The notes beneath the pieces are model-generated. The model was not told the origin of the DNA, did not search any database, and saw nothing but the letters and a program-made list of their open reading frames with translations. DNA of 64,000 nt from Octopus sinensis (taxonomy: Eukaryota): assembly GCF_006345805.1 (NCBI RefSeq), contig NC_043003.1:65968001-66032000 (forward strand), written 5' to 3'. A program made the translations under genes and the position numbers. Shown here piece after piece: positions 25,409 to 38,059 of the stretch. The first letter of the stretch is position 1. Each line of letters opens with the position of its first letter.

Positions 25409-26240
25409 GTCTTTGCACAGTTTCTAACGCTGAACGCTAGAGATGTACTACGGTGCCACCTGTTCATATCAGTGAACTAAGGTAACACCCCTTATTTTAC
25501 GAGCAACTTCTGGAGTATTCGAGCGGCTCTATGCAGTGCTGCTTTCTGCAAGTGCTCCACCCTTATTGCAGGCCCCTATCTGTCCCCTGTACTTCTCAAG
25601 TTTTGAACCACTGTTCCCAAGGTTCCAACAATTAGTGGTACACCTTTTTCATCGATCACAACTACTTAACCTCCAAAGCTAACCTGTCATACCTATCGAC
25701 TCTTCTTTCTATCTTATCGCATATCTTGTTGTAAGCTGGGCATGCTATGTCTATGATCCAGCATCGTTTGCTTCTCTTCTCAATCAAGACTATGTTCGGC
25801 TTCCTATTCTGTCTCTCATGGCCCCACTGAATCATAAAATCCCACAGGATCTTTGCATTATCATTATCGGTGATGCTTTCAGGTTTATATTCCTACAACT
25901 TTTTTTAATCTGTCAAGTCCATACTTGTTGCAAAATGTCCGGAGTACAATCCTTGCTATAACGTCATGACGTCTCTTATATTCTTTCTGGGCTAGTGGCG
26001 TACATTGACTGGTAATATGCCATACGGTTTCACCATTTTGTCCATAGATTCTACATTTATCACTTTCTGATGTGTTGGCTATTCTGTATTTGATCTAATT
26101 CGTTCATAGTGCTTGCTCTTGGACAGCACAGATTAGAGCCTCCGTTTCTGGTCTTAAATCACTTTTAGTCATCCATAGCCATCTTTTTTTTTCTCTGTCT
26201 GTCTTATCTTCAACATCCCTATGAAGTTGTCCATGTATTG
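25409..26240 (-). mobile_element. R4/Dong-clade (RLE) non-LTR retrotransposon 3' fragment
   Basis: Minus strand: ETVWHITSQCTPLAQKEYKRRHD...KILWDF...RKPNIVLIEK...IIDIACP...GTLG...HLQKAAL (CCHC end, RHD, PD-(D/E)xK nuclease). The 3' end gtgcaaagac runs into the AAC/AAT array. Confidence 0.88.
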
Positions 26241-26261
26241 TTTTCTTTATACACGTATTTT

Positions 26262-27090
26262 CAGGCAGGACGGGTTAGTCTGTCGGCCGAGTCTGTAGTG
26301 ATCGTCTCACTGCCGCCTACTATCAATCGGGCAGGCAAGGCAGTTTTCCTTTGCTTGGTGGCTGTGGTGAAAGAGGCTGAAAAAAATGAGGACAGGTACA
26401 TTCCTCTTTGATAGAGTTCTCATTGACTTCTTCAAGTTTCGCTTGAAAAAGGAAACTGAGAGGGGAGAGGGAAGGACTGTCCTCGAGTGAGTTTATAGTT
26501 AAGGAAATGGCAAGAGTGGATGCTACCTTTCTAAGTTTAAGAATCGTTAGCACGTCGGGCGACATGCTTAGCGGTATTTCGTCTGTCGTTACGTTGTGAG
26601 TTCAAATTCCGCCGAGGTCGACTTTGCCTTTCATCCTTTCGGGGTCGATAAATTAAGTACCAGTTACGCACTGGGGTCGATGTAATCGATTTAATACCTA
26701 TGTCTGTCCTTGTTTGTCCCCTCTGTGTTTAGCCCCTTGTGGGTAATAAAGAAATAGAAATAGGTATTTCGGTTGCCGTTACGTTGTGAGTTCAAATTCC
26801 GCCGAGGTCGACTTTGCCTTTCATCTTTTATGGTCGGTAAATTAAGTACCAGTTACGTACTTGGGTCGATGTAATCGACTTAATCTGTTTGTCTATCCTT
26901 GTTTGTCCTCTCTGTGTTTAATCCCTTGTGGGTAATTAAGAAATAGGTATCTTTCTAAGTGTAGAGCTTTGAGTCGTAGAGGGCACTTGCTCCTGGTGTT
27001 TCAGGGAAATCTCGGACAGTGGGTTCCTCGATTATCCCTAGAGGCCTTCCCCTATCAGGAGCGCCACACTGTATCATCTTCCAGCCACTC
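26262..27090 (+). mobile_element. Tx1-clade LINE 3' fragment interrupted by a SINE-B dimer
   Basis: GRVSLSAESVVIVSLPP..NRAGKAVFLCLVAVVKE...KRKLRGEREGLSSSEF parallels the 62190-62807 ORF C-terminus; presumed 3' UTR continues after 26960. Confidence 0.75.
26537..26950 (+). mobile_element. SINE-B dimer with 10-bp TSD
   Basis: Two tandem units; ctttctaagt at 26527-26536 and 26951-26960. Confidence 0.92.
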
Positions 27091-27208
27091 ATTATTTTAA
27101 ATTTGTGTTTGCCATGCATATGTCTCTTCTTTTTCAGTGTATAAGTGTATACCTACTTTCTTTCATTTATTTTTTGTTTTATTTTATCTTTTTTTTATCA
27201 TTTCATTA

Positions 27209-27429
27209 CAGTACTCCCTCGCCAAATCGCGTTTCACCTATCGCGGTTTAATATTTAAACTTACGTCGTTTCCTCTGTGGTGCTGTTTTGAATTCATAAT
27301 AATATAAATATATACAAATTATAAAGATAATAAAAGTAATGTACAGTACAGTACTGTTTCTACTTCGCGGATTTTCACCTATGGCAGATGTTTTGGAACG
27401 TAACACCCACGATAGTCTAGTGATTACTA
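27209..27429. mobile_element. Tigger/pogo-like MITE
   Basis: ta|cagtactccctcgccaaatcgcg ... cacgatagtctagtgattacta|ta; degenerate TIRs with TA flanks. Confidence 0.7.
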
Positions 27430-27529
27430 TATATGTAAATCCCCACACCTTATGTCTGTCTTAGTATTGTCCATCTCATCCTTCGCCCTTGTGGCAAATA
27501 AATGAAATAATTATTAATATTATGGGTGG

Positions 27530-28135
27530 TAGTTTCGTGGTGGTGATGGTGGTGGAAATTCCCTTTCTTCTCCTGAGATATCTATAACACTTCTCATCTC
27601 ATTCTGGCAGCTTAGCTCTACAACACCTTTCTCAACATATGAACTGTCCCGAGCATTGCTGCTAACTGAGTATTTCCTATGAAGTTTGGTATTTGCAGCT
27701 TTTGGTGCAAGAACATTACTTTCTTTGAATTGGTCCCCAGTGTACCGATCGTGATAGTGATCACAATCACTTTTGAGGGTGTATGGATTCGTGTTACTTC
27801 AAATACTAACTTTTGCTACTTCTCGATCTTCCCGTTCTCTCTCTTCATAATATTCTGGTCTGCAGGTTTAGCTACGTCGATTAAGGTCCGTTCTTCGAAT
27901 TCCTTTCGTAAGAGAGTGGTACCTGGTCTGTTATATCGCAGCTTCTTTTCTGCTTAGATTGCTTCGTCAGTTGTAACATCAATCAGAAGAGAAGTGCTTT
28001 CAATGTATTTTTTTTCACCTCGAGATCTGGTCGGTTTGCGTATATTTCCCGATCAGTCTGAACTCTGAAATTCCAAGTAAAGATAATCTTGACGTTCTGG
28101 CCAAAATGTGGTGGATTGTGCTCCTACCAACATTG
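27530..28135 (-). mobile_element. R4/Dong-clade RLE fragment with duplicated nuclease motif
   Basis: WNFRVQTDREIYANRPDL...LLIDV followed by TDEAI...YNRPG...LIDVAKPAD...IGTLG...AAMLGTVHMLRKVL*. Confidence 0.8.
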
Positions 28136-29301
28136 TTTGTGAGAGAAGTAAACATCTATCCCCCTCCCCACAAATTCCAGGCCGTGTGCCTATAGTAGAA
28201 AACATTTTTATCATAACTCTTATTATTATTATTATTAGTGTTGTTGTTGTGGTTGTTATTGTTGTGGTTGTTATTGTTGTGCTTGTTTTTCTTGTTCTTG
28301 TCCTTGCTGATGTTCTTGTGAACTACTAATACCATTGCTACCATGCTGCTGCTGCTACTACTACTAGTAATAATAATATAATAATAATAATAATAATACT
28401 TGTGCTACTACTGTTAGTTTTGTGATTGTGTCTTTATAATGTCAAATTAATTTTTGTCTTTCTGACAGAATGTTCCAATACGATTCATTTATCGATTTCC
28501 ATGCATTGACACAAGTAGAGAAAATTAAAAATTAAACTCGAAAACAAATAATTCACATTGATTTCATTATTATGTTTATTTTTATTTCTATTTTTGTTAA
28601 TGAATACAATAGATTTCTACATTCCTTCTGTGTGATTGCATCGGAATAAATTTTCTTTAGATTTTAGAAAATCTTAGCAAATGTATGATTCTACATGTGT
28701 AATGTCAACTGTTTCTTAAATCTTAAAAGATTACATCATTTATTTCTGTATTTTCTAACATCAGTTTTATTGTTTACGTTTAAAGAATAAAAAAAAATAA
28801 CACAATACGATAATCTGGAAATGTAAAAGACATAAAGAAGGTACAAATCAGAATTTTAACGATTTATTATTATCAATTCTCTTATTTCCTTCGAAACTAT
28901 ATGAATTTCTTTTCTATGGCTGATACTTGTCGACATACATCAGAGTAGAAGGTGCACGTGTAATGTTTCGTTATTTCGATATTATACATTTTTTATTCAA
29001 TGTTCTAGTCGCATTATGCAATTGACACATTGGTTTTAAGTTCATAAGTATCGCAGAGATGTATTGATTTCCTACTTAGGCAAAAATACAAATATTTAAG
29101 GATCTGATCCCATCGATTAAATCGACATAAACACATTATTTATACATATGGCCTTGATCTCATAAACATAAAATGAAAAGAATGTAGTTTATCTTGATAA
29201 GATTTGTGCTCTGCCACTGGATATTCAAAGCTAAATACCAAAGAAATATATTCGTAGTTGTGTGTGCTTCAGTGTAACACAAAAACACTTACACACACAT
29301 G

Positions 29302-29382
<81 letters not shown>

Positions 29383-29599
29383 GTATTATACTTATACATA
29401 CATACATATATGTATATATACACGCACACACAGATACTCAAATATACACACACATACATGCACACACAGACACACACATATACACACACATACACACATA
29501 GAAACGCACACATATACAGGTGTTCAGTGTGCGAGAAGCATTTGATAGTTTAATAAAGCTGTAATCTATCAAAAGTGTATTTTAATCAACATTTGTGTG

Positions 29600-29950
29600 C
29601 ATTTTATCGATAAGCTTACAATATTATTTTATGAATATGTCTCACCTTCGAACGCTCTTTAATTGTGGGACCAGAATCGCTGACATTCCTGCACGGATTG
29701 GTCCTTACTCATTTCAGATATCCCCTGGGCAATGGCGCCTTCAATGAAAGTGTCGTATTTTGAGAATGTTAATTTTCCTATGTTTCTGCAACACTCCAAA
29801 CGCTGTAGTCCACAGAATGTAAATCTGCCGAGTATGGAAGCTACAAGTTTGGTGTTACATGATCGTAAATATTGTCTTACATCCATTCTTGGATTGTGTG
29901 GCTTTCGTGAGAAGATGCTCACAACTTACGGAAACTTGAATGGTCTTCCA
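29600..29950 (-). mobile_element. DD37D/maT-like transposase 3' remnant
   Basis: Minus strand: TIQEWM*DNIYDHVTPNL*LPYSADLHSVDYSVWSV...HSQNT..SLK, the same WPP.SPD.NPLDY.VW region as in 5476-6302. Confidence 0.7.
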
Positions 29951-30165
29951 ATTCATACATCTGTCATAAACAATCCCTAGTAGCTTAATAACTATCTCTA
30001 TACCCCCAACATATCCAACAGCATTAACTCTCTGACCCCTTTGCTAGTATTTTATTAGCTACGAGGGTTCTGAACGAAATACATTTTAATTGGTTTGAGG
30101 AGAGAAATATACTACGAATTAAGTGTCCTCTGATACTCTTCGTTTACTATATATATACATGTATA

Positions 30166-30461
30166 TCTTTATATATAAAAGTCAAGTTGTGTGTCTGATC
30201 CAACGATTTAGATTCCTAACTACTCCCACATTTTGCGGTGCAGTTTAACCAAAAGCGGGTATCTTATAGTCATGATTCATATCGAGCCCTTCTGGGTATT
30301 AGCGCGCGTCTACGATGAGTCTACGATTTAAAAAAAAAATGACCATCATTTTTTCCCTTTTTTATGCATTTTTTGCTATTATATAAGGGAAGTAACTCTC
30401 TAAAAATGATTATATAGTTACTTCCCTTACAAACCCGAGCAACGCCGGGCGATACTGCTAG
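30166..30461 (+). mobile_element. Non-autonomous Helitron
   Basis: A|TC 5' end (tctttatatataaaag); 3' hairpin cccgagcaacgccggg then CTAG|T; no TSD. Confidence 0.88.
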
Positions 30462-31277
30462 TATGTAATAAACGATTACTAGAATATTCAATTTCGAAAT
30501 GCAATGATACGAAATTAAAGCATATAGTGGTTAGTTGACATATATAACGCATATCTTATAATAATTCTGATTGATCGCACATTACTGAGCCCCTCTGTAA
30601 CGCTTTCACATGATTAGCTGAAGAGAAAGACGAAGAGCGGGAGGAAAAGGAGAAAGAAAAGATGGAGAGAAAAAAGACGGAAAGAGAGGTATCTGTGACG
30701 TGGAGTAGAAGGAACGTAATTGTAACGCTTCACGTGATTGGTTGAAGGGAAAGAGAGAAGAAGCGGGAGAAAGAAAAAAGAGAAAGAAATAAAAAAGAGA
30801 AAGAAAAAGAGAATAAGGCGAAGAGTGAGACAAAAAAAAAGAGTGAGAGAGAAAAGAAGGAGACAGAAAAAGGGAGAGAGAAGCGCCCATGATGTGTCAT
30901 GGGAGAACCTAATATTTATTACGTGGATTAAAAAGAGTAAGCTGAAACTAGTGATATAGAGAGGGTGAGTTAGAGATATAATTTTAAATAAGGGGTGATG
31001 TTCTGATGGTGAGGTTAAATAAAGGCACAGAGAGAGGGAGAGAGACGGGGCGAGAGAGATGATGGTGGTGGTTGTGATGGTGGTGATGGTGGTGGAGATG
31101 GTGTTGGTGCTAGAGGTCGCGGTGGTGAGTGTATAGTGAAAATGTATTTTTGTTTTTAAATGGAACTAAGTTTTTTATATTGCTTATCACATAACGCATG
31201 GGCATAGGGGCAATTCCGAGAGATATTCATGCTTATTTGCGTACAGATATACGCAATTATTCTATAGGTACGGGTAC

Positions 31278-31311
<34 letters not shown>

Positions 31312-31569
31312 GGGGAAAAATTATTGAATATTATTTTATGAGTGTTGTATTTTATGTCTATAAATTGTGCATTTAATATATAAAGTGTATATATTTCTAT
31401 ACAGACACAACACAGTCTACGCTTTCAGGTTTTTGGGATAACATTTTCAGAAATAACCCAATAGGTTTACTATTAATTGCGTGAAATATTCATGGGCCCC
31501 GATAGTATACATTACTGTGACTGTGAGTGTGTGTGTATACATATATATTCATATGTACATATATACTTA

Positions 31570-31930
31570 TATAATGGGGAGAATTCGCAAAAAACAAAAG
31601 ACGATGACAGGTGGTGTAGACAACAAACAAATGTATTGGTATAACGCTTGGGAAGTGAAAAAGTATTTAACGTTTCGAACCTACGCTCTTCCACAGAAAG
31701 AACACAGAAAGAAACAAGGAGAGAAAATAAAGAATGTGTTGTGGCTAGCGATCTGTCATGGCGAATGCCGGACAGAAGGGTCGCATAGGAGAGCTAGGGA
31801 GAAGGGAAATCGTGGCTGACAGACGTGCTGGTTACACAGGTTTTTTGTTCCTCAATCTTTGCTCAATGAGTCGTCTTTATTTGGAAGATGACCAAATGAA
31901 AATTCTTTCTTTTCGAGGAATTCGAAATAA
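31570..31930 (-). mobile_element. Repeat with a degenerate hammerhead-like motif (probable PLE terminus)
   Basis: Minus 31700-31666: ctttctgtggaagagcgtaggttcgaaacgttaaa. Confidence 0.45.
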
Positions 31931-33243
31931 AGATTTTAGCTTCATTTGAACGTGTGTTCCGATAACGTAGGTTAATAAAAAGCGCTTTTCTCTGCAGACT
32001 ATATATTTGTTTCAATATTTTGACGTCACTGTCGCATTAAAATGTCTCCTAGATACACCCCTGAAGGAAATTGCAATAGTACAACAAAACAATAAGATTA
32101 CTACTCAAAAACAAATTACACCATTGAACGAATGCTAACATAGAAATACTATTATTAACATATGAATGAAATTTCCTTTGAATTTTTTTTCTCTGAACAG
32201 CTTAACACATATTTGAAAGATAGCGTTGACAAGACTAACATCAAAAACGCTCGTTGCACACAAAAATATGTTGAACCATTTCGTTTAGTAGCAGTAATGT
32301 AAAAACAGTCAGTTTTGCCTTCTATATTAATCTGTCGGTGATGATAAACGTGACGAAGTTCCGAGAGAATTAATTAACTCTGAGAATTGTGTAAAATCAG
32401 ACGGTCTCTCATTGATTTGTACGAGGTGTAATTCAGGAAAGAGCAGAGAAATAAATAATATATATACGCCCAAGGAAGGAAGCCATTTTCCTCTTGCTGT
32501 TTGAACAGCAGATAGAAGTACTCTAGGACAAATTGGGAGATATTAGCTCCGTTGATGAGTTTAAGGATTCTGGTAATCTTTCCTATATTTTCAGGACCAA
32601 AGATGCAAGCAAATATAAGCTGAAATGACTAGACATACTTCCAGTCATTAATCTGTGATCTAATAATTGGTACGAACCCCTACAAGGGGAAGGAGAGGAA
32701 TTTGTGTTTGGTCGGCACATTTGAATCTGAGTTCGGACTGATGCTTAATTTAGCTCAGAAGGGAAGCGACATGTAGTCGAGAAAGGCCAAGATAGATTTC
32801 CTAGTTCTTATGATTACGAAATCTCAAGTCCACACCGAACCAGTGCCCAGTTGAGAAACTAAAGGCGCAGGGAAAAGATCTAATGTGTGTGTGTGTTTGT
32901 ATCTGTATCTTCTAATAATATAATATAAAATAATATAATCTAAGGAAATGTTAGAATATTAAATGTCCGTTCTGATTGAACTAGTTCTTTCATTCATTAA
33001 ACTATGCAATCTTCACGTTCATGTAGTAGTGGTGACAGTTATGTTTTACAATGTACAACTAAGTTTATATATATATGTATATATATATATATGTGTGTGT
33101 GCGTGTGTGTGTGTGTGTGTGTGTAAAATTTAAATTACAATGAGCGTAAACAAACAAACGAAGTTTGCTTTAGAAGCGTTGAGATGTCTTAGAAAGTGAA
33201 GGAAGGGATTTTAAATTTTAAACGCAGGACAATGCTAATGATT

Positions 33244-33356
33244 TAGCCTGAAGAGGATAAGCTACCCCTATTTTCCGGAAAAAGTGCTGACGGCCGGCTA
33301 GCCTACCACCAACACTTCTTTCCACAAAATAGGGGTAGCTTATCCTGTTCAGGCTA
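33244..33356. repeat. 113-bp foldback inverted repeat (MITE-like hairpin)
   Basis: tagcctgaagaggataagctacccctatttt (33244-33274) vs aaaataggggtagcttatcctgttcaggcta (33326-33356), 30/31 match; pairing continues inward (ggaaa-aagtg / cacttctttcc). Confidence 0.9.
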
Positions 33357-33401
33357 TATTACTAGCATTATCCTGCGTTTGAGAATTTAAAATCTCGTGA
33401 G

Positions 33402-33461
<60 letters not shown>

Positions 33462-34558
33462 TGTGTATGTGTGTGTGTATGTATACACTTACATACATAC
33501 ATGCACACACAAACGCACACGAACACGTATTCTATAAAAAAAATATTGCTGAATACCAGTGCTACACTAGGGGCCAAAATTAAGCTATGACCAGTACCAG
33601 AATGTTTTAGATGGTATGTGAAGTTATACTACCTCCTCTTTTTACAGTAATTAGTTACACGATCCTTGCTCCCTCAAAACACGATGTCACAATCAATTGG
33701 AGTCATTATCGTTATCTGTTTAAAAGCAGCATAGCTTCTCTCGTTATGCGGGTAGTAGTAAAAAAAAGTGCATTGAGCTTTATGAATATCTGGGCATTCT
33801 GTTTCGAAAGGCCGCTTGCCGCACCTACTTTTTCCCTCCCTGAATCTCTTCATGTATATTTAACAGTTGAAAGACTTGGTCAGAGCCTTTGTGTCGTGCA
33901 GATGAATAAATTATGAAACGCTGGCTTTTCATTTGGTCATTACATCCCGATTCTCTCGTTCATTTGTTCCCTCATATCACAAAATCCGGAAATGATAAAT
34001 TATGATAATGTTTATTTTGATGTAGCATTACTATAAATGAGCGAACGTCATCATATATAGAAACGCCTGCAACTCATATTAAAGCTTGCTCTTTTCTTCT
34101 TTTCATATTATCTGAAAGTAAAATTCCTATTCCATTCATTTGCTGTTTGTAATTCCGATATTTTAATTGTGTCTATATAAAACTCTTACTTCTGAACAAA
34201 GAAATCTACTTCGAGGAATACAGGGATATGAAACATGATATATAAGGATATTCCTAGTGTGTTATGTTATTGATTTCTTACTTAAAAGGATCATTGTATA
34301 ATTTAGATAAATGAAACAAAAAAAACCGGTCTAAGCTCGTTATTAGGAAACGTTCCTTTTCATCGTCGCTTGTTTGAATTCATGTCTCATATCTTTTATC
34401 TTCCACTAGTTGCAATCATCGGAGTGTGGCCACACCGGAGCATTGCCATGAAGATTTTACTCCAGAGAATCGAACCATCCACTCCTTGGTACCTATTTTT
34501 TATAGCTTGGTAGTTATTCTATCTGTCTATTCTTCTGAACCTCTAAGTTATGTGTATG

Positions 34559-34615
<57 letters not shown>

Positions 34616-34620
34616 ATATT

Positions 34621-34663
34621 GCCCCAGCATGGCCACAGATCGTGAGCTGAAACTAGATAAAAT
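34621..34663 (+). mobile_element. Isolated CR1 3' tail within (TA)n
   Basis: gccccagcatggccacagatcgtgagctgaaactagataaaat matches the CR1 3' end at 48850-48895 (minus). Confidence 0.8.
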
Positions 34664-34769
34664 ATAATATATAAAAATTTATGTATATATGTATACACAT
34701 ACCTGTGTGCATATATATGCGTGTATATACGAATATACTGTATATAGATATGGCGGGATTCTCTCAGTT

Positions 34770-34915
34770 TTCGGCAATCGAATCGATTCACGATGCTTCG
34801 ATCGGCCCGGGACTATAGTAGAAGACGCTTTCCCAAGTTACTACGCAATGAGACTGAACCCGATACCATGTGGTTAGGAAGGAAGCTTATTACCATGAAG
34901 CTACGCCAGCGCCCA
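34770..34915 (-). mobile_element. SINE-A head fragment
   Basis: cccgggactatagtagaagac...gagactgaacccgataccatgtggtt. Confidence 0.8.
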
Positions 34916-35515
34916 TTCCAAATTTAATGCAAGGAACGTCATATTTCATAATTTCTGATGTCTTGGGCAAGTGTTTTAACTTAGTCTGCAACAATTATTT
35001 GCTTTGCTCATTTTAATCTGAATCAGAATTTTTTTTCTTATTGATTGTCAATATTCTTTAAAGCCCACGGCCCAAGAGAAATTAATTAAAAACTACTAAA
35101 ATAGTTTTTAATCTGCTATAATGCTTTTTCTTTAAACGCAAAACTTAATAAACTGTAAAACGATAAAGAATAAAATAAAATATAAGCAAAGTCTAAACGA
35201 AAAAAAAGTCAATGAATAGACAAGACACGTTTAGTCTTTTAGGTTTCTTCAATTCATATAACAGAGTAGTTGTTTATTTAAGATGTAATGCATATTTAAA
35301 GTGCAAAATATAAAACATCTTTGAATCAACACGGTTTAAGTGTGTATATAATATAAAAGCATCTACAAATACTTATATCTAATCTATTTTTCTTCAAATG
35401 CACTTAATGTCAAATGTTTTTGTCTCTTGTAAGATCAAATTTAGATAAAATGCTTTTTCAGTTCATCCTAATGGATTTTCAACGAAGTTAAAAATTGTAT
35501 TATTATTATTATTAA

Positions 35516-35584
<69 letters not shown>

Positions 35585-35878
35585 AATCATTTCCCAATCG
35601 CTAGCAATCCATCACATTTTCCATTTATTTCGCTGCTACAGCTTCTAATAGACTTTAGTAATGTGTGAGGATTTAACGATTGCTTTAATAATTCACCAAT
35701 GGTTTACGGTACTTTGCTATTTACTTCAATTTCTGATAGTACTTTGTTTAATTTTCTCGCTCGTTATCGTCTTTTCCAAACCTCTATATCTCTCTGCTTT
35801 TGTCTATCTGTATTTCTCTTACTCATTACAACTCTGTTTCTCTAACTCCTTTTCAGTCTACCCCCCCCCCCCCCATCG

Positions 35879-35915
<37 letters not shown>

Positions 35916-36239
35916 TTTTTATCTCAACCCATTCATTATCGGAAATATATTTACTAATACGATAAGATCGCAAATTATTGGTCAATCAATAATGTTAACA
36001 GGTGTGGCCGTATTACAGAGCAAATATATAAAGCAAACAGCAACTGGTTCAAACACTAGCAAAATAGCTTTGCAGTTTGTATTTACCTCTATGTTTTCCT
36101 ATGCTCAAGATCAGTACACACTCGTATAGAATGAATTAAAAACAGTAATTAAACAAAAACCAGTAATATCTCCGGATCAAATCAATAATCACTATTCACA
36201 TATCAGCGAACATTGGATTTGTACTTCACTTGGTCGAAT

Positions 36240-36365
36240 TTATTTATTTATTTATTGTCCAAAGGGGGTCAAACAAGGACATACAAAGGGATTAAATCGA
36301 TTACATCATCCCCAGTGCGTAACTGGCACTTAATTTATCGACCCCGAAAGAATGAAAAGCAAAGT
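36240..36365 (-). mobile_element. SINE-B 3' half
   Basis: gggattaaatcgattacatcatccccagtgcgtaactggcacttaatttatcgaccccgaaag. Confidence 0.85.
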
Positions 36366-36391
36366 CTCCTAAGACGTCGTGTTTCAGTGAA

Positions 36392-36690
36392 GGCGCGGTA
36401 GCTTAATGATTAAGGTATTCGACTCACAATCGTAAGGTCAGTAGTCCTATAACCGGCGGCACGTTGTCTCTCTGAGCAAGACTTCATTTCCTGTCGCCCT
36501 AGTCAATTCAACGGGCAAAATTGAGGAGTACCTAGATTTCAAAGGGCTAGTTTTGTCATATTCTGTCTCATAGCAAATCTCTCTGATAACTGTATTAAGC
36601 GTTACAGATGTCTGTGGAGCATTCAGCCGCCTGCATGTTAATCAGATCAATTGGAACGCTTTACCAACGGGATACCGCGATACCACCATA
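36392..36690 (+). mobile_element. Other tRNA-derived SINE (CORE-like body)
   Basis: ggcgcggtagcttaatgattaaggtattcgactcac head, then gttgtctctctgagcaagac. Confidence 0.6.
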
Positions 36691-36915
36691 TATATATATC
36701 GTTCACTATTTTCCTCTCATTCTGGTCTAACTATTCTTCATGTTTGTTTTCGTTTGGTCTCCTTGTATATTTATGTCCCTTTTTTAATCTATCGTTCAAA
36801 TAACCTTCCCAAGGTACGTGTATACATATATACTTATATATATATACACACCCATTTATGTGTATATATGTATGTGTGTATGTGTGCGTGTTCGTGTGTT
36901 CGTGTGTGTGTGTGT

Positions 36916-36946
<31 letters not shown>

Positions 36947-37574
36947 GATACCATTGTCAGGTCACTTGTGAGGTCTCTCGTAATTGCAACTGGTAACACA
37001 GAATCTAACTTGTTACATGGTCAGATCGTCGGCACCTAAACTAGAACCCTACAAGGCTTGCCTAGTGATAAGAGTTTCCAGAAACCCAGGCGGACTAGAA
37101 ACAAGACCTAGGACGGATAAACCTAGTGAAGATTCAGCGACTATTTAGCAATAACACGAGCTCTAAGAAATTCTGGGTTGGTTTCTGCCGTACTGCAAGA
37201 CCACCGCCTGTGACAAGTCTCTCAGCATTTGTTAAAACACACCTCTAGAAGGTCATTCTGATTATGCAGGAAACGACGTTCACCATTTTGGGGATCTTTT
37301 CCGTGTGCATGAGATCATGGTCCTCCCACTTCCTCGAGCCTGCTACCGATATTGGTACTAGATATTATGCCTTGGCTTGCCAATAGAGTATTTCTGAAGG
37401 GCGGAAAGTGTCTATGAGATGTTGCAAAAGCCTTGTTGGACCTAAAGGTCCGGTAAGAGGCTGCTGCGCGGGGCATGCCAGCTGCGGACACGAATTCGGG
37501 TGAAGATGTTCACGTGCGAAATAATGTTGCATTTTGTACGCATCATGTCTAGTGATGAACAACCAGTGCTATAT

Positions 37575-38010
37575 ATATTCTTTCGTTCTTTTGTTCTCTT
37601 ATTTCGTTCAATCCTTTGAATGCGGCCATGCTGGAGCACCGCCTATAGTCGAACAAATCGACCCTAGGACTTATTATTCTTTGTAAGCCTAGTACTTATT
37701 CTATCGATCCCTATTGCCGAAGCGCTAGATTACGGGGACGTCAAAACCCATCATCGGCTGTCAAGCGATGGGGGGGGGGATAAACGCATACACACAAACA
37801 CATGCATACACACATATATACATACATACATATATATTCATGTATACAATGGGCTTCTTTCAGTTTCCGTCAACCAAATCCACTCACTAGGCTTTGGTCG
37901 GTTCGATGCTATAGTAGAAGACACTTACCCAAGGTGCAAAGCAGTGGGACTGAACCCGGAACCATGTGGTTGGGAAACAAGCTTCTTTCCACACAGCTAC
38001 TCCTGCACCT
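37575..38010 (-). mobile_element. SINE-A full-length
   Basis: Colinear with 61545-61930 from tail (ggccatgctggagcaccgcc) to head (ccacacagctactcctgcacct). Confidence 0.92.
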
Positions 38011-38059
38011 AATATATATATATACATTTATTTTTTAATCTTGTAACTTTTAAGCCCAA

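Noticed and set aside
36950-37560. LTR-like or coding-looking GC-richer block
   Set aside because: No matching second LTR, TSD, PBS or recognisable peptide.
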